44,304 nt of DNA from an uncultured Candidatus Marinamargulisbacteria bacterium (GTDB lineage Bacteria; Margulisbacteria; Marinamargulisbacteria; SXXA01; CAYGHZ01): assembly GCA_964349635.1 (NCBI GenBank), contig CAYGHZ010000001.1, positions 1-44,304 of the forward strand, read 5' to 3'. The translations under genes were made by a program, and so were the position numbers. Shown piece by piece: positions 15,810 through 25,401 of this stretch (position 1 is the first letter of the stretch; the number at the start of each line of letters is the position of its first letter). A model generated the notes under the pieces. That model did not search any database and had not been told where the DNA came from. It saw only the letters and a list, made by a program, of their open reading frames with translations.

Positions 15810-16717
15810 ATCGCGTCGGGTAATTGAATAAATTCTTTAAACCGATGATACGAATCCGCCAGGGTTTTGGGCTGAACTTTTTTAAGCTCGTCCAAGCTAA
15901 ACCCCTGTACGGTGTACGATGAAATTAATGTTCCGGCCACAACGGCTTGTCGAAACGTCGCTTCATCCTGCTTTCCGGCTTTGGCCAAATAGCCGCAAAA
16001 CCCGCCGGCAAAGCTGTCGCCCGCGCCGGTCGGATCCACCAAATCTTCGAGGGGAAACGCCGGACAAATGAAGTGGTTTTTGCCGTTAAACATGATCGCG
16101 CCATGTTCGCCTTTTTTGATGATGACGCGCTTGGGGCCCATTTCAATTACCTTAGGCATCGCCTGAATGATATTGCTGATACCGGTTAACAGTCGAAGTT
16201 CCTGGTCATTAATTATTAACACATCGACTAGCTTTAATGTCTTTTTCAGATCCTCTAATTTGCTTTGAATCCAAAAATTCATCGTATCCATCACGATGAG
16301 CTTGGGGCTTTCGAACTGCGCAATGGCTTTTTCTTGTAAAATCGGATCGGTGTTGGCCAAAAAGACGATCGACGCTTTTTTTGCACTTGGCGGGATTTGG
16401 GGGTCGAATTCCAGCAACACATTGAGATCGGTGGAAATGGTGTGAGCCTGGCTCATGTCGCCTTCGTAGTAGCCGCTCCAATGAAAGGTCTTTCCGTCGG
16501 CGATTTTGACGCCGTCGATGTTAATGTCGCGGGATTTGAAATAATTGACGTGCTCGGCAGGGAAATCTTTGCCGACAATACTAATTAAAGAAACCGGGGC
16601 AAACAATCGCGCCGCGGTTCCTGCATAGGTGGCCGATCCCCCTAAAATTCGTTCGTGAATTCCTTTTGGGGTTTTGATGCTGTCTAACGCGACTGTTCCG
16701 ATGATGGCTACGCTCAT
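15806..16717 (-). CDS. PfkB-family carbohydrate/nucleoside kinase
   Basis: Contains the C-terminal PfkB signature DPTGAGDSFAGGF and is 303 aa long. Confidence 0.8.
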   Translation of the reverse strand: MSVAIIGTVALDSIKTPKGIHERILGGSATYAGTAARLFAPVSLISIVGKDFPAEHVNYFKSRDINIDGVKIADGKTFHWSGYYEGDMSQAHTISTDLNVLLEFDPQIPPSAKKASIVFLANTDPILQEKAIAQFESPKLIVMDTMNFWIQSKLEDLKKTLKLVDVLIINDQELRLLTGISNIIQAMPKVIEMGPKRVIIKKGEHGAIMFNGKNHFICPAFPLEDLVDPTGAGDSFAGGFCGYLAKAGKQDEATFRQAVVAGTLISSYTVQGFSLDELKKVQPKTLADSYHRFKEFIQLPDAI

Positions 16718-19296
16718 ACTTTTATTCCTTTCACGACCGCGTCACAGCGATCGCAGACGTTTTGGATTAACGGTAACCGTTTCCAGCACCGTTCACATTT
16801 TTCATGTTCCGATTTTTTGACCTCGGCGTCCAGATTGCCGGTTTTTAGATGGACCTTACTTACGATAAATAGCGACTCCCACTCCTCAAACGGAATGGCT
16901 TCCGGAAGCGTCAACGTTACGACCGCTTCCAATGAACTGCCAATAATTTTTTCGGCGCGCAACTTTTCTAATTTTTGATAGACCAGGTCTTTAATTTCCA
17001 GCAATTTTTCCCATTTTGTTTCCAGGCTGGGAATGGTCCATTCTTTTTTGATTTCCGGAAAATTTTCCAAGTGTACGCTTTCTTTTTTATTTTTCGATGG
17101 AAAATAGTGGTAAGCGTCTTCAGCCGTAAACACCAAAATCGGCGCCAAGAGTTTGATCAGCGTATCAGCAATATGATAGAGAGCGGTCTGGGTACTTTGA
17201 CGCGTTTTTCCTTTGTCGCAATACAGCCGGTCTTTCACCATATCCAGATAGAGTGAGCTTAGGGTTACCGCGCAAAAGTCGTGGACCGAATGGGTCACAA
17301 TATGAAAATCGAACTGATCGTAGCTGGTTTCGACACGCTCAACCAGCCGATTTAATTGCGTCAACGCCCACCGATCCAGTTCGCTGAGCTCGTCGAAGTG
17401 AACCGGACCTTCATAATCATACAAATTACTCAAACAAAACCGGATGGTGTTGCGCACTTTTCCAAAACTGTCGCGCGCTTGATCCAAAATGTTTTTGGCG
17501 ATATTAACATCGCTGTTTTTAAAATCCGACCCGGCCACCCACCAGCGCAGGACATCGGCGCCGTATTCTTTGATAATTGTTTGCGGCGAGGTCACATTAC
17601 CGGCCGATTTACTCATCTTTTTGCCATCGGTATCAACGATAAAACCGTGGGTTAAGATGCCTTTGAAGGGCGCATGTCCCTGAGCAGCCAACCCGATGAG
17701 CATCGACGACTGGAACCAACCACGATGTTGATCGGAACCTTCCAAATACAAATCGGCTGGTTGATCACCCAACACTGAACGAAAACTGGAACCGGATTCA
17801 AACCACACATCCAGAATATCTGTTTCCCGTTCAAACTCACCACCGCAATCGCACTGCGTGACAATCTTGCCGGTCATTTCTACTTTTCCGCATGATTTGC
17901 AGGTAAAGATGGGTAGCTGAATCCCCCACAGCCGCTGACGCGAAATGCACCAATCGGGGCGGTTTTCGATCATCCCCGTGATTCGTTTTTCGCCCCAGGC
18001 GGGATACCAGGCGGTTTTTTTGATGGTTTGCATAGCATGTTCGCGCAACGTTTTTCCGTCCGGCATCGGCTTATCCATGGCGATAAACCATTGTTCGGTG
18101 GCGCGAAAAATCACCGGGTTTTTGCAGCGCCAGCAGTGCGGGTAACTGTGTTTGATAAATTCGAGTTTTTTGAGCGTGCCCAATTCTTCCATCTTTTGGC
18201 CAATACCTTTGTTGGCGTCGAATACGAATTGGCCTTGCCATTCGCCTTCGGTAAATCGGCCTTTGTCATCGACGGGCATCAGCACCGGCAGGTTGTATTG
18301 TTTGCCAACCACGTGATCTTCTTGGCCATGGCCGGGCGCAATATGAACAAAGCCAGTGCCATCTTCTTTGGTGACGTAGTTAGCTAACACAATCGGAGAT
18401 TCTCGATCCAGGAAGGGATGCTTGGTGACTGTTCCCGCCAACTCTTTACCTTTTATTTCGCCAATCACTTCCGCATCCGATAAGCCCAGTTTTTCGATTA
18501 GGCTGTCTTTTAATTCTTTGACGACTACAAACACCTGCCCGGCTGATTTGATCTTCACATAGGTAAAGTCGGGGTGTGCGGCAACCGCCACGTTGGCCGG
18601 CAATGTCCACGGCGTCGTCGTCCAGACCAGGATGTTCATGTCAGCGGCTTTGAAGAGTACGTAAATCGAAGGCGAACGATGCTCGGCAAATTCAATTTCA
18701 GCCTCCGCCAACGCTGTCTCGCAGTGCGTACACCAATGAATCGGCTTGCTTCCTTTATATATAAGGCCATTTTTGGCGATATCGCCGAATAGAGAAATCA
18801 CGCCCGCTTCGTATTCGGGATTTAACGTCAAATAGGGATTATCCCATTCGGCATTAATGCCTAGGCGGATAAAATCGGCCTTTTGGGTTTCCACAAAGCG
18901 CAGCGCAAAATCATGACAGTGCTTGCGAAATTGAGCAATCTCGCCTTTTTCGCCTTTTAGTTCTTTTAATACCTGGGTTTCGATGGGGAGTCCGTGGCAA
19001 TCCCAGCCGGGAACGTATTTTGTTTTGAATCCGCGCATCGATTTAAAGCGATTGATGATGTCTTTTAAAACCTTATTTAACGCGTGGCCGATGTGAATAT
19101 TGCCGTTGGGGTATGGCGGGCCGTCATGTAATACGTAGGTTTTTTGGGCGTCTTTTCTTTCAAAATTAATTTTTTTCCAAGATTCGAGAATTTCGGGTTC
19201 TTTGACGGCTAGATTCGCCCGGATATTGAAATCGGTTTGGGGGAGGTTTAGGGTTTGTTTGAGGTTGATTTCAGTCATCTTTTTTTTTGACCCCAA
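16714..19296 (-). CDS. ileS: isoleucyl-tRNA synthetase
   Basis: Contains HIGH (PYPNGNIHIGHALN), KMSKS (GKKMSKSAGNV), the editing-domain motif TTTPWTLPAN and a C-terminal Cys cluster CERCW...CDRC. The start is probably the Met at 19278. Confidence 0.95.
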   Translation of the reverse strand: MGSKKKMTEINLKQTLNLPQTDFNIRANLAVKEPEILESWKKINFERKDAQKTYVLHDGPPYPNGNIHIGHALNKVLKDIINRFKSMRGFKTKYVPGWDCHGLPIETQVLKELKGEKGEIAQFRKHCHDFALRFVETQKADFIRLGINAEWDNPYLTLNPEYEAGVISLFGDIAKNGLIYKGSKPIHWCTHCETALAEAEIEFAEHRSPSIYVLFKAADMNILVWTTTPWTLPANVAVAAHPDFTYVKIKSAGQVFVVVKELKDSLIEKLGLSDAEVIGEIKGKELAGTVTKHPFLDRESPIVLANYVTKEDGTGFVHIAPGHGQEDHVVGKQYNLPVLMPVDDKGRFTEGEWQGQFVFDANKGIGQKMEELGTLKKLEFIKHSYPHCWRCKNPVIFRATEQWFIAMDKPMPDGKTLREHAMQTIKKTAWYPAWGEKRITGMIENRPDWCISRQRLWGIQLPIFTCKSCGKVEMTGKIVTQCDCGGEFERETDILDVWFESGSSFRSVLGDQPADLYLEGSDQHRGWFQSSMLIGLAAQGHAPFKGILTHGFIVDTDGKKMSKSAGNVTSPQTIIKEYGADVLRWWVAGSDFKNSDVNIAKNILDQARDSFGKVRNTIRFCLSNLYDYEGPVHFDELSELDRWALTQLNRLVERVETSYDQFDFHIVTHSVHDFCAVTLSSLYLDMVKDRLYCDKGKTRQSTQTALYHIADTLIKLLAPILVFTAEDAYHYFPSKNKKESVHLENFPEIKKEWTIPSLETKWEKLLEIKDLVYQKLEKLRAEKIIGSSLEAVVTLTLPEAIPFEEWESLFIVSKVHLKTGNLDAEVKKSEHEKCERCWKRLPLIQNVCDRCDAVVKGIKV

Positions 19297-19867
19297 GCTC
19301 GTAAAGTTTATCTACAGCTTCTCCTAAACTTAAATTCCTCGCCAGATGTATTTGACGCAGGGAATTTAGCAGAAATCCGTAATAGCAGACACTTAATCCA
19401 AAAACAAGCCACACGGGTAGGGGAACATTGCAAAATGATCCCGGCTTCAACCAATACAAGCCGATGGCAATTTCTGTTGTCATCAGCACCAAATGGGTAA
19501 GGGACCAGTTGAAATCCATCGAGTCCAGGAATGGCCTATATAGCCGATTCTTCATTAGTGCGGAAGAATAGCCATGCCAGTTCCCATCAAAAAGATTCCA
19601 AATTATTACATTAATTAGGTTAGTAACCGTCTTGTGAGTAGCATAAATAATAAGGCCCAATATGGCCCCAATAGCGGCAATTTGGAAAATAATGAGCTTG
19701 GTAAAATTTGCTTTAACCCAGAAATCGATAAGGCAGTCCAATTTGGGAATTTGACCTTCTCCAATCAGATGATAAAGGCCTAGAAAAATATACCCGGGTA
19801 ACAAAAGGCGCATGAATTTTCCCGTATCCTCAAATAATTTTGAAATTCCTTCGGCAAAACCCTTCAT
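19271..19867 (-). CDS. hypothetical multi-pass membrane protein
   Basis: 198-aa ORF with several hydrophobic segments, heading the minus-strand array. No family recognised. Confidence 0.45.
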   Translation of the reverse strand: MKGFAEGISKLFEDTGKFMRLLLPGYIFLGLYHLIGEGQIPKLDCLIDFWVKANFTKLIIFQIAAIGAILGLIIYATHKTVTNLINVIIWNLFDGNWHGYSSALMKNRLYRPFLDSMDFNWSLTHLVLMTTEIAIGLYWLKPGSFCNVPLPVWLVFGLSVCYYGFLLNSLRQIHLARNLSLGEAVDKLYELGVKKKDD

Positions 19868-20025
19868 TTATTTTCCTTTTGGCGGTCTTACATTATGGTG
19901 TCGCATTTTGCTTACCATCTAACATTTCTTTGCATAATTGTTGGATTGAAAACGGAGATTAAAATATCATAGCCGTTTTAACTTCGCTTGAAAACTCAAG
20001 CTTAAAATTTCTAAGGAGATACGAA

Positions 20026-20193
20026 ATGGGAGAAAGAAAAGAGCGGGAATTCCACGTACCTGACGGTGCAACACAAGAAACGATGGAAATTCGCAAAGAT
20101 AAAAAGCTGCACGAATATCTGACCGACAACAAGGACTGGAACGGCGAAAATGGCTTAAATCATATAGACACATGGAAAAAGTTTAAGGAATAG
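20026..20193 (+). CDS. 55-aa hydrophilic small protein (not in the ORF track, below its size cut-off)
   Basis: ATG at 20026 lies 7 nt after AAGGAG (20013-20018). It translates as MGERKEREFHVPDGATQETMEIRKDKKLHEYLTDNKDWNGENGLNHIDTWKKFKE, with the stop at 20191-20193. Confidence 0.35.
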   Translation: MGERKEREFHVPDGATQETMEIRKDKKLHEYLTDNKDWNGENGLNHIDTWKKFKE

Positions 20194-20222
20194 AAAAAAT
20201 TAGTTGTGATAGGATATTTTTA

Positions 20223-21788
20223 ATGCTTCAGCTTAAGAATTTTGTTTTTTTTGCTCTTTTACTTTCTACTTCCCTAATCCAGGCTGAGCCAATGGTTTTA
20301 TTGGATACTCTTGGAGGAGAGCCTACTTATCTGAATCCGGTATTGGCCACCGATCAACCTTCTCAATCGGTAGCAGGCAATATTTTTAGCGGTCTTTTTC
20401 GCGTAAACCCAAATTTGGAACTGGAGCCGGACGTAGCAGAATCTTATGAAATAAGCCCGGACGGTAGAACCTATACGTTCAAACTGAAACAAAATGTCAA
20501 ATTTCAAGATGGCCATTCTTTGACGGCTGAGGATGTTGTCTTTACCTTTCAAATTATTCAAAATCCAAAAACAAATACTGTCCGAAGAAGCAATTATATT
20601 ATCGAGGGAAAACCGATTGTATTCAAAGCTATCGATAAATATACCGTTCAAGCTATTTTGCCACAGCCTTTCGCACCGTTCTTGGTCAACGTAGCGATGG
20701 GAATACTGCCAAAGCATTTATTGGAAAAAGAAGATATTAATACGGCCAAATTTAACCGTAATCCTGTCGGTGCCGGCCCATTTAAGTTTAAGGAATGGAA
20801 AGCTGCTGAGTACATTAGATTGGAGCGCAACCCACACTATTTTGGCAAAGCTCCAAAGCTTGATGGCATCTTATATAAAATCATCCCCGAAGAAAGAACT
20901 GAGTTTATTGCTTTAAAAAAAGGTGAGATTGATACGGGTCGAGTGCCTAGAAAAGACTTTGAGTCTTTTAAGAAAAATACCAAGGTAAATGTGTTTCGAT
21001 TCCAAGACTTAATGTATGTATATATGGGATTCAATTTAAAAAATCCGCTATTTGCCGATCTAAGAGTTCGGAGGGCTATCGCTCATTCCATTAACAAACC
21101 TGCCCTTGTAAGGGGGGTCTTAAAGGGTTTAGGACTTCCTGCAGAAATTTCTTGCGCCCCTGTTCTTTGGTCTTACCCTGAAACAGGCGTCGTCAAATTT
21201 GAATACGATGTTAAAAAAGGAAAGAAATTATTGGAAGAAGCCGGTTTTATTCTTAATCCGAAAACAAAAATCTTGGAAAAGGATGGAAAACCTTTTGAAT
21301 TCACGCTACTAACCAACAAAGGGAACAAAGATAGGGAGCTTTCCGCTCAGGTTATCCAACGTTTTCTACAGGAAGTTGGCATTAAAATGAATATTCAAGT
21401 AATGGAATGGAGCACTTTAATCAAGAAATTGAATGAGAACATCGATCCCAAAAAATTTGACGCTGTTCTTCTGGGCTGGGGACTGAGCCTAGACCCGGAT
21501 GATTATGAAATTTGGCATTCCTCGCAGTATCCGAAAGGCTTTAATTTTATTGCCTATAAAAATGCCACCGTCGACGCGAATCTCTCAAAAGGCCGGCTGG
21601 AAACCGATCGTACAAAGCGCAAAGAAATTTATAAGACGATTTACAACGAAATCGCCCAGGATGTCCCGTATATTTTCCTCTATTATCCCGACGTTATTTC
21701 CGGCATCAACAAACGGGTTAAAGGACTTTCGAAACCAGGGCCTGCGGGGTTGATGAATCCGATTGAAAACGTGTATATCGCTGACTAA
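20223..21788 (+). CDS. ABC transporter substrate-binding protein, peptide/nickel family (family 5 SBP)
   Basis: Signal peptide plus a typical OppA/DppA-like sequence. It is the first gene of a permease/ATPase operon. Confidence 0.85.
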   Translation: MLQLKNFVFFALLLSTSLIQAEPMVLLDTLGGEPTYLNPVLATDQPSQSVAGNIFSGLFRVNPNLELEPDVAESYEISPDGRTYTFKLKQNVKFQDGHSLTAEDVVFTFQIIQNPKTNTVRRSNYIIEGKPIVFKAIDKYTVQAILPQPFAPFLVNVAMGILPKHLLEKEDINTAKFNRNPVGAGPFKFKEWKAAEYIRLERNPHYFGKAPKLDGILYKIIPEERTEFIALKKGEIDTGRVPRKDFESFKKNTKVNVFRFQDLMYVYMGFNLKNPLFADLRVRRAIAHSINKPALVRGVLKGLGLPAEISCAPVLWSYPETGVVKFEYDVKKGKKLLEEAGFILNPKTKILEKDGKPFEFTLLTNKGNKDRELSAQVIQRFLQEVGIKMNIQVMEWSTLIKKLNENIDPKKFDAVLLGWGLSLDPDDYEIWHSSQYPKGFNFIAYKNATVDANLSKGRLETDRTKRKEIYKTIYNEIAQDVPYIFLYYPDVISGINKRVKGLSKPGPAGLMNPIENVYIAD

Positions 21789-22739
21789 ATGCGCTATATC
21801 GTCAAACGCTTACTAATCTCCATCCCGCTACTCCTCGGCATCACGTTTATTTCATTCGGCATTATGAAATTGGCGCCCGGCGATCCGGCGACGATGTTTT
21901 TGGATCCGCATATGAGCTTGGCGGATATGGCGCAGGTGCGACACAACTTGGGGCTGGATCGGCCGGTGCATGTGCAATATTTCTTTTGGCTCAAATCCAT
22001 CTTGTCCGGGGATATGGGTTATTCGACGTTATCCGGGAAACCGGTTTTTCTGGCCATTGTGGAGCGGTTGCCGGCGACCCTTTTGCTGTCGGTTACGTCG
22101 TTGATATTAATTTTGGTAATTACGTTTCCGTTGGGCTTAATTTCCGGGGCAAAAAAAGGCGGGAGGTTTGACCATTGGGTCACCATTCTTTCGTTTATCG
22201 GGTTATCGTTACCCACGTTTTGGGTGGGCTTGGTTCTGATCCTGACGTTTTCGCTGAAGCTTGGCCTGTTTCCCACCGCCGGATTTGCCGATCCGGGATT
22301 AAGCGGGTGGCAGCAACTTTTAAGCATCTTGCATCATATGGCCTTGCCACTGATCACAATTATGGTTGGCGGCATCGCGGGACTTACCCGGTATCACCGG
22401 TTTGGGATCATTTCGATTTTGAGTCAAGATTATATTAAGGCGGCGCGCGCACGCGGCATTAGCAACCGGCTGATTTTATATAAACATGCGTTCAAAAACG
22501 CGGCGCTTCCGATTATTACGATTTTGGGGTTGGAACTACCGGGACTGATCAGCGGATCGTTTATTATTGAATATATTTTTTCATGGCCGGGAATGGGGCA
22601 ATTGGGGATCGCTTCCGTGTTTGCGCGAGACTACCCAATCCTGATGGGTACGATTTTGTTTTCGGCGATTTTGATTATTTTGGGCAGTTTGATTGCGGAT
22701 GTGGCGTATGCGGTTGTGGATCCGAGGATACGGCGTTGA
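21789..22739 (+). CDS. ABC transporter permease (OppB/DppB-like)
   Basis: Six-TM permease with a DYIKAARARGIS motif typical of DppB/OppB. Its start abuts the SBP gene stop. Confidence 0.85.
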   Translation: MRYIVKRLLISIPLLLGITFISFGIMKLAPGDPATMFLDPHMSLADMAQVRHNLGLDRPVHVQYFFWLKSILSGDMGYSTLSGKPVFLAIVERLPATLLLSVTSLILILVITFPLGLISGAKKGGRFDHWVTILSFIGLSLPTFWVGLVLILTFSLKLGLFPTAGFADPGLSGWQQLLSILHHMALPLITIMVGGIAGLTRYHRFGIISILSQDYIKAARARGISNRLILYKHAFKNAALPIITILGLELPGLISGSFIIEYIFSWPGMGQLGIASVFARDYPILMGTILFSAILIILGSLIADVAYAVVDPRIRR

Positions 22740-22743
22740 CACT

Positions 22744-22781
22744 GACCTATAAAATAGGTTATATAACCTAAAATATAGGTC
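22744..22781. promoter_or_regulatory. 38-bp nested inverted repeat; candidate operator/promoter of the inserted wHTH + nucleotidyltransferase cassette
   Basis: GACCTATA-AAA-TAGGTTAT|ATAACCTA-AAA-TATAGGTC has perfect 8-bp outer arms and perfect 8-bp inner arms. It is AT-rich with TATAAA-like hexamers and ends 5 nt before the ATG at 22787. Confidence 0.5.
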
Positions 22782-22786
22782 ATTTT

Positions 22787-23125
22787 ATGCTTGAATACCT
22801 CTTTGGAAATAAAAATACAGAAAAGATTTTGTTTTTTATCTTGGTGAACAAGCAGGCGCATCCGCGTCGGCTAGCTCGAATCTTTGGCGCCTCAATCAGC
22901 AGCATCCAAAATGCCCTAGAAAGACTGGAATTTGGCGGAATTATTGCCAGCAGAATGGAGGGAAATACTCGTCTATATCAGTGGAACCCTCGATGTTACT
23001 TTTTGAAAGAAGTGCAACAACTTATACAAAAGGCATATCATTCTTTGCCCGATTCGACAAAAAAAGAACTATATGAACGCCCCGAAGAACGCAGGCGTCC
23101 CAGACGAAGCGGGAAACCATTGTGA
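22787..23125 (+). CDS. winged-helix (MarR/ArsR-like) DNA-binding protein; antitoxin-like partner
   Basis: 112 aa. PRRLARIFGASISSIQNALERLEFGGIIASR is a typical wHTH recognition region. Its stop overlaps the GTG start of the next ORF (GTGA). Confidence 0.5.
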   Translation: MLEYLFGNKNTEKILFFILVNKQAHPRRLARIFGASISSIQNALERLEFGGIIASRMEGNTRLYQWNPRCYFLKEVQQLIQKAYHSLPDSTKKELYERPEERRRPRRSGKPL

Positions 23126-23652
23126 ATTGGAAAAAACTGGATTTAAAAGGTGTGCTCAATGAGATTGATAAGCAATTTAAGAAACATCATTTAAATGCAA
23201 TATTAGTAGGCGGCGGTTGTGTCACGGTGTATTCGGAGAACAAATACATATCTAAAGACCTAGACATGGTTTCTTTTGACAAAACCAAATCTATTCAGAC
23301 AGCTTTGAGCGAAATTGGATTTATTCAGAAAGGCCGGCATTTTATTCACCCGGATTGCCAATTTTATCTTGAATTCCCGCCTCCTCCAGTAGCTATTGGA
23401 GAAGAAACTATTGAAAAATTTCATAAGCTCGATCCTAAAAACGCAATTTCTATCTTGTCTCCGACCGATTGCGTTAAAGACCGACTAGCCGCTTTTTATC
23501 ATTGGGGAGACTATCAATCTCTGGACCAAGCCCTCCTGGTCGCATCCCAACAAAAGATAGACTTAAAAGAAATTGCCAGATGGTCAAAAAAGGAAAGACA
23601 AATGAATGGATTCGATATATTTAAATCGCGCCTGAAACAAATTAATCAATGA
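23122..23652 (+). CDS. small nucleotidyltransferase-like protein (AbiEii/MNT-like signature)
   Basis: ILVGGGCVTVYS...YISKDLDMV repeats the GG-x(n)-S-x-DLD signature seen in the ORF at 1032. Its stop overlaps the ATG of the downstream permease gene (ATGA). Confidence 0.45.
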   Translation: MNWKKLDLKGVLNEIDKQFKKHHLNAILVGGGCVTVYSENKYISKDLDMVSFDKTKSIQTALSEIGFIQKGRHFIHPDCQFYLEFPPPPVAIGEETIEKFHKLDPKNAISILSPTDCVKDRLAAFYHWGDYQSLDQALLVASQQKIDLKEIARWSKKERQMNGFDIFKSRLKQINQ

Positions 23653-24458
23653 ACAAAAAAGCCATCGTCTCGCTTTGTTTTTTAATTGTACTTGCGATCG
23701 TCGCCGTAGTGTTGCCCCTGTTCCCTAAAATCGACCCCAATTTTTTCGATCCCAATTTAGTATCCGACCCTACCCCACCCTCGATTACTCATCCCTTTGG
23801 CACCGATGATTTGGGGCGCGATATTTTGATTCGCTGTATTTATGGTGCGCGGATTTCCCTTGCAGTTGGATTTATTTCTGTGGGAATTTCGCTTGTGATT
23901 GGTTTGATCTATGGGATGTTGTCCGGCTATTTGGGCGGATGGATCGATGAAGTTCTAATGCGCTTTGTTGATTTGTTTATGGCCGTTCCCACCATCTTTT
24001 TGATATTGGCGATTCAGGTCATGCTCACCCCCAGCATTTATAACGTGATGATCGTGATTGGATTGACCAGTTGGATGGGGATTGCGCGATTGGTTCGAGC
24101 TGAAGTTTTGTCGATCAAAGAACGAGTGTTTGTGGTGGCGGCACAGGCCCGTGGAATCGGCTTTGGGCGAGTCTTGTTCAAACACATCATGCCGCACGCG
24201 ATGAACCCGATTATTGTGTCGGCCATGTTGGGGATGGGGTCGGCGATTTTGACGGAGTCTGCGCTCAGTTATTTGGGGATGGGCGTGCAGCCCCCGCATG
24301 CGTCATGGGGTAATATGTTAGAAAATAGCCTGGCGTTTATGGAAGATGCGCCGTGGATGGCCATTATTCCCGGGCTTTTGATTGCAATGACTGTGCTGGC
24401 CTTAAACTTTTTGGGAGACGCGCTCCGGGAGACCTTAAATCCATATGCTCGAAGTTAA
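23649..24458 (+). CDS. ABC transporter permease (OppC/DppC-like)
   Basis: HPFGTDDLGRDILIRCIYGARISL is the characteristic OppC/DppC N-terminal motif. It is a multi-TM protein. Confidence 0.85.
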   Translation: MNKKAIVSLCFLIVLAIVAVVLPLFPKIDPNFFDPNLVSDPTPPSITHPFGTDDLGRDILIRCIYGARISLAVGFISVGISLVIGLIYGMLSGYLGGWIDEVLMRFVDLFMAVPTIFLILAIQVMLTPSIYNVMIVIGLTSWMGIARLVRAEVLSIKERVFVVAAQARGIGFGRVLFKHIMPHAMNPIIVSAMLGMGSAILTESALSYLGMGVQPPHASWGNMLENSLAFMEDAPWMAIIPGLLIAMTVLALNFLGDALRETLNPYARS

Positions 24459-25401
24459 AAATTTACGAACTGCGTTTACGGTGGGCGATAAAACCGTTCA
24501 CGCCGTGGATGATATTTCGTTCGAAATCCCTGAAAAAACGACGGTGGGCTTAGTCGGGGAATCCGGTTCGGGGAAAAGCGTCACGTCGCTTTCGATATTA
24601 AATTTGTTGCCGCCCAACGGAAGAATTCAAAGCGGCGAGATTTTGTGGAACGGGCAGGATGTTCTTAAAAAATCGCCGAAAGAGTTGCAGAAAATGCGTG
24701 GCGGCGATATCGCATTAATTTTTCAAAATCCCCTCTCCGCGTTGAATCCTGTATTTACGGTTGGCAACCAGATGATTGAGACCATTCGGCTACATCGCAA
24801 AGTGAGCAAAGAGGAAGCCAAAGCCGCCGCCATTGAATTGCTGCGCAAAGTCCGCATTCCGGATCCCGAAACTCGAATCAATGACTACCCGCATCAATTT
24901 TCGATTGGCATGTGCCAACGCATCATGATTGCGCTGACGCTGTCGATGAATCCCAAATTGTTGATTGCGGACGAACCCACGGCGTCTTTGGATGTCACCA
25001 TTCAAGCGCAAGTTTTGGAACTGATCGAAAGCATTAAACGAGAATTTAATTTGTCGGTTTTTTTGATTTCGCATGACCTGGGCGTCATCGCGCAACACTG
25101 CGACTATATTCTCATTATGTACTTGGGGAAAATTGTTGAAAAAGGAACGCCGGAACAAATTTTTGGGTCTCCAAAACACCCATATACTCAGGCGCTTTTG
25201 GCCTCGATCCCAACCCCGGATCCTTCCAAAAAAAAGAAAGTCGAGATTGTTGCCGGCGACATGCCCAGTCCGATGAACGTTCCGCCGGGATGCCGGTTCC
25301 ATACTCGCTGTCCCCACGTCATGGAGCGCTGCAAAAAAGAGGTACCCCCGTTTTACAGCGTCGGCAGCCAGGCGGCCTGTTTCTTATACGTCGACCAATA
25401 A
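24445..25401 (+). CDS. ABC transporter ATP-binding protein (OppD/DppD-like)
   Basis: Contains Walker A GESGSGKS, Walker B LLIADEPTASLD, and a C-terminal oligopeptide-type extension (HPYTQALL...PPGCRFHTRCP). Confidence 0.9.
   Translation: MLEVKNLRTAFTVGDKTVHAVDDISFEIPEKTTVGLVGESGSGKSVTSLSILNLLPPNGRIQSGEILWNGQDVLKKSPKELQKMRGGDIALIFQNPLSALNPVFTVGNQMIETIRLHRKVSKEEAKAAAIELLRKVRIPDPETRINDYPHQFSIGMCQRIMIALTLSMNPKLLIADEPTASLDVTIQAQVLELIESIKREFNLSVFLISHDLGVIAQHCDYILIMYLGKIVEKGTPEQIFGSPKHPYTQALLASIPTPDPSKKKKVEIVAGDMPSPMNVPPGCRFHTRCPHVMERCKKEVPPFYSVGSQAACFLYVDQ

Noticed and set aside
19967-20173. The 68-aa minus-strand track ORF in the 19.9-20.2 kb intergenic region
   Set aside because: It has no ribosome-binding site and a Cys/Phe/Leu/Arg-rich, non-protein-like sequence. 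It is antisense to a better-supported plus-strand small ORF that has a strong AAGGAG.
24445-25401. Only one ATPase gene in the opp/dpp-like operon (no OppF/DppF partner)
   Set aside because: A second ATPase could be encoded elsewhere, or a homodimer could be used. There is no sign of a decayed second ATPase gene, because the next gene converges directly.
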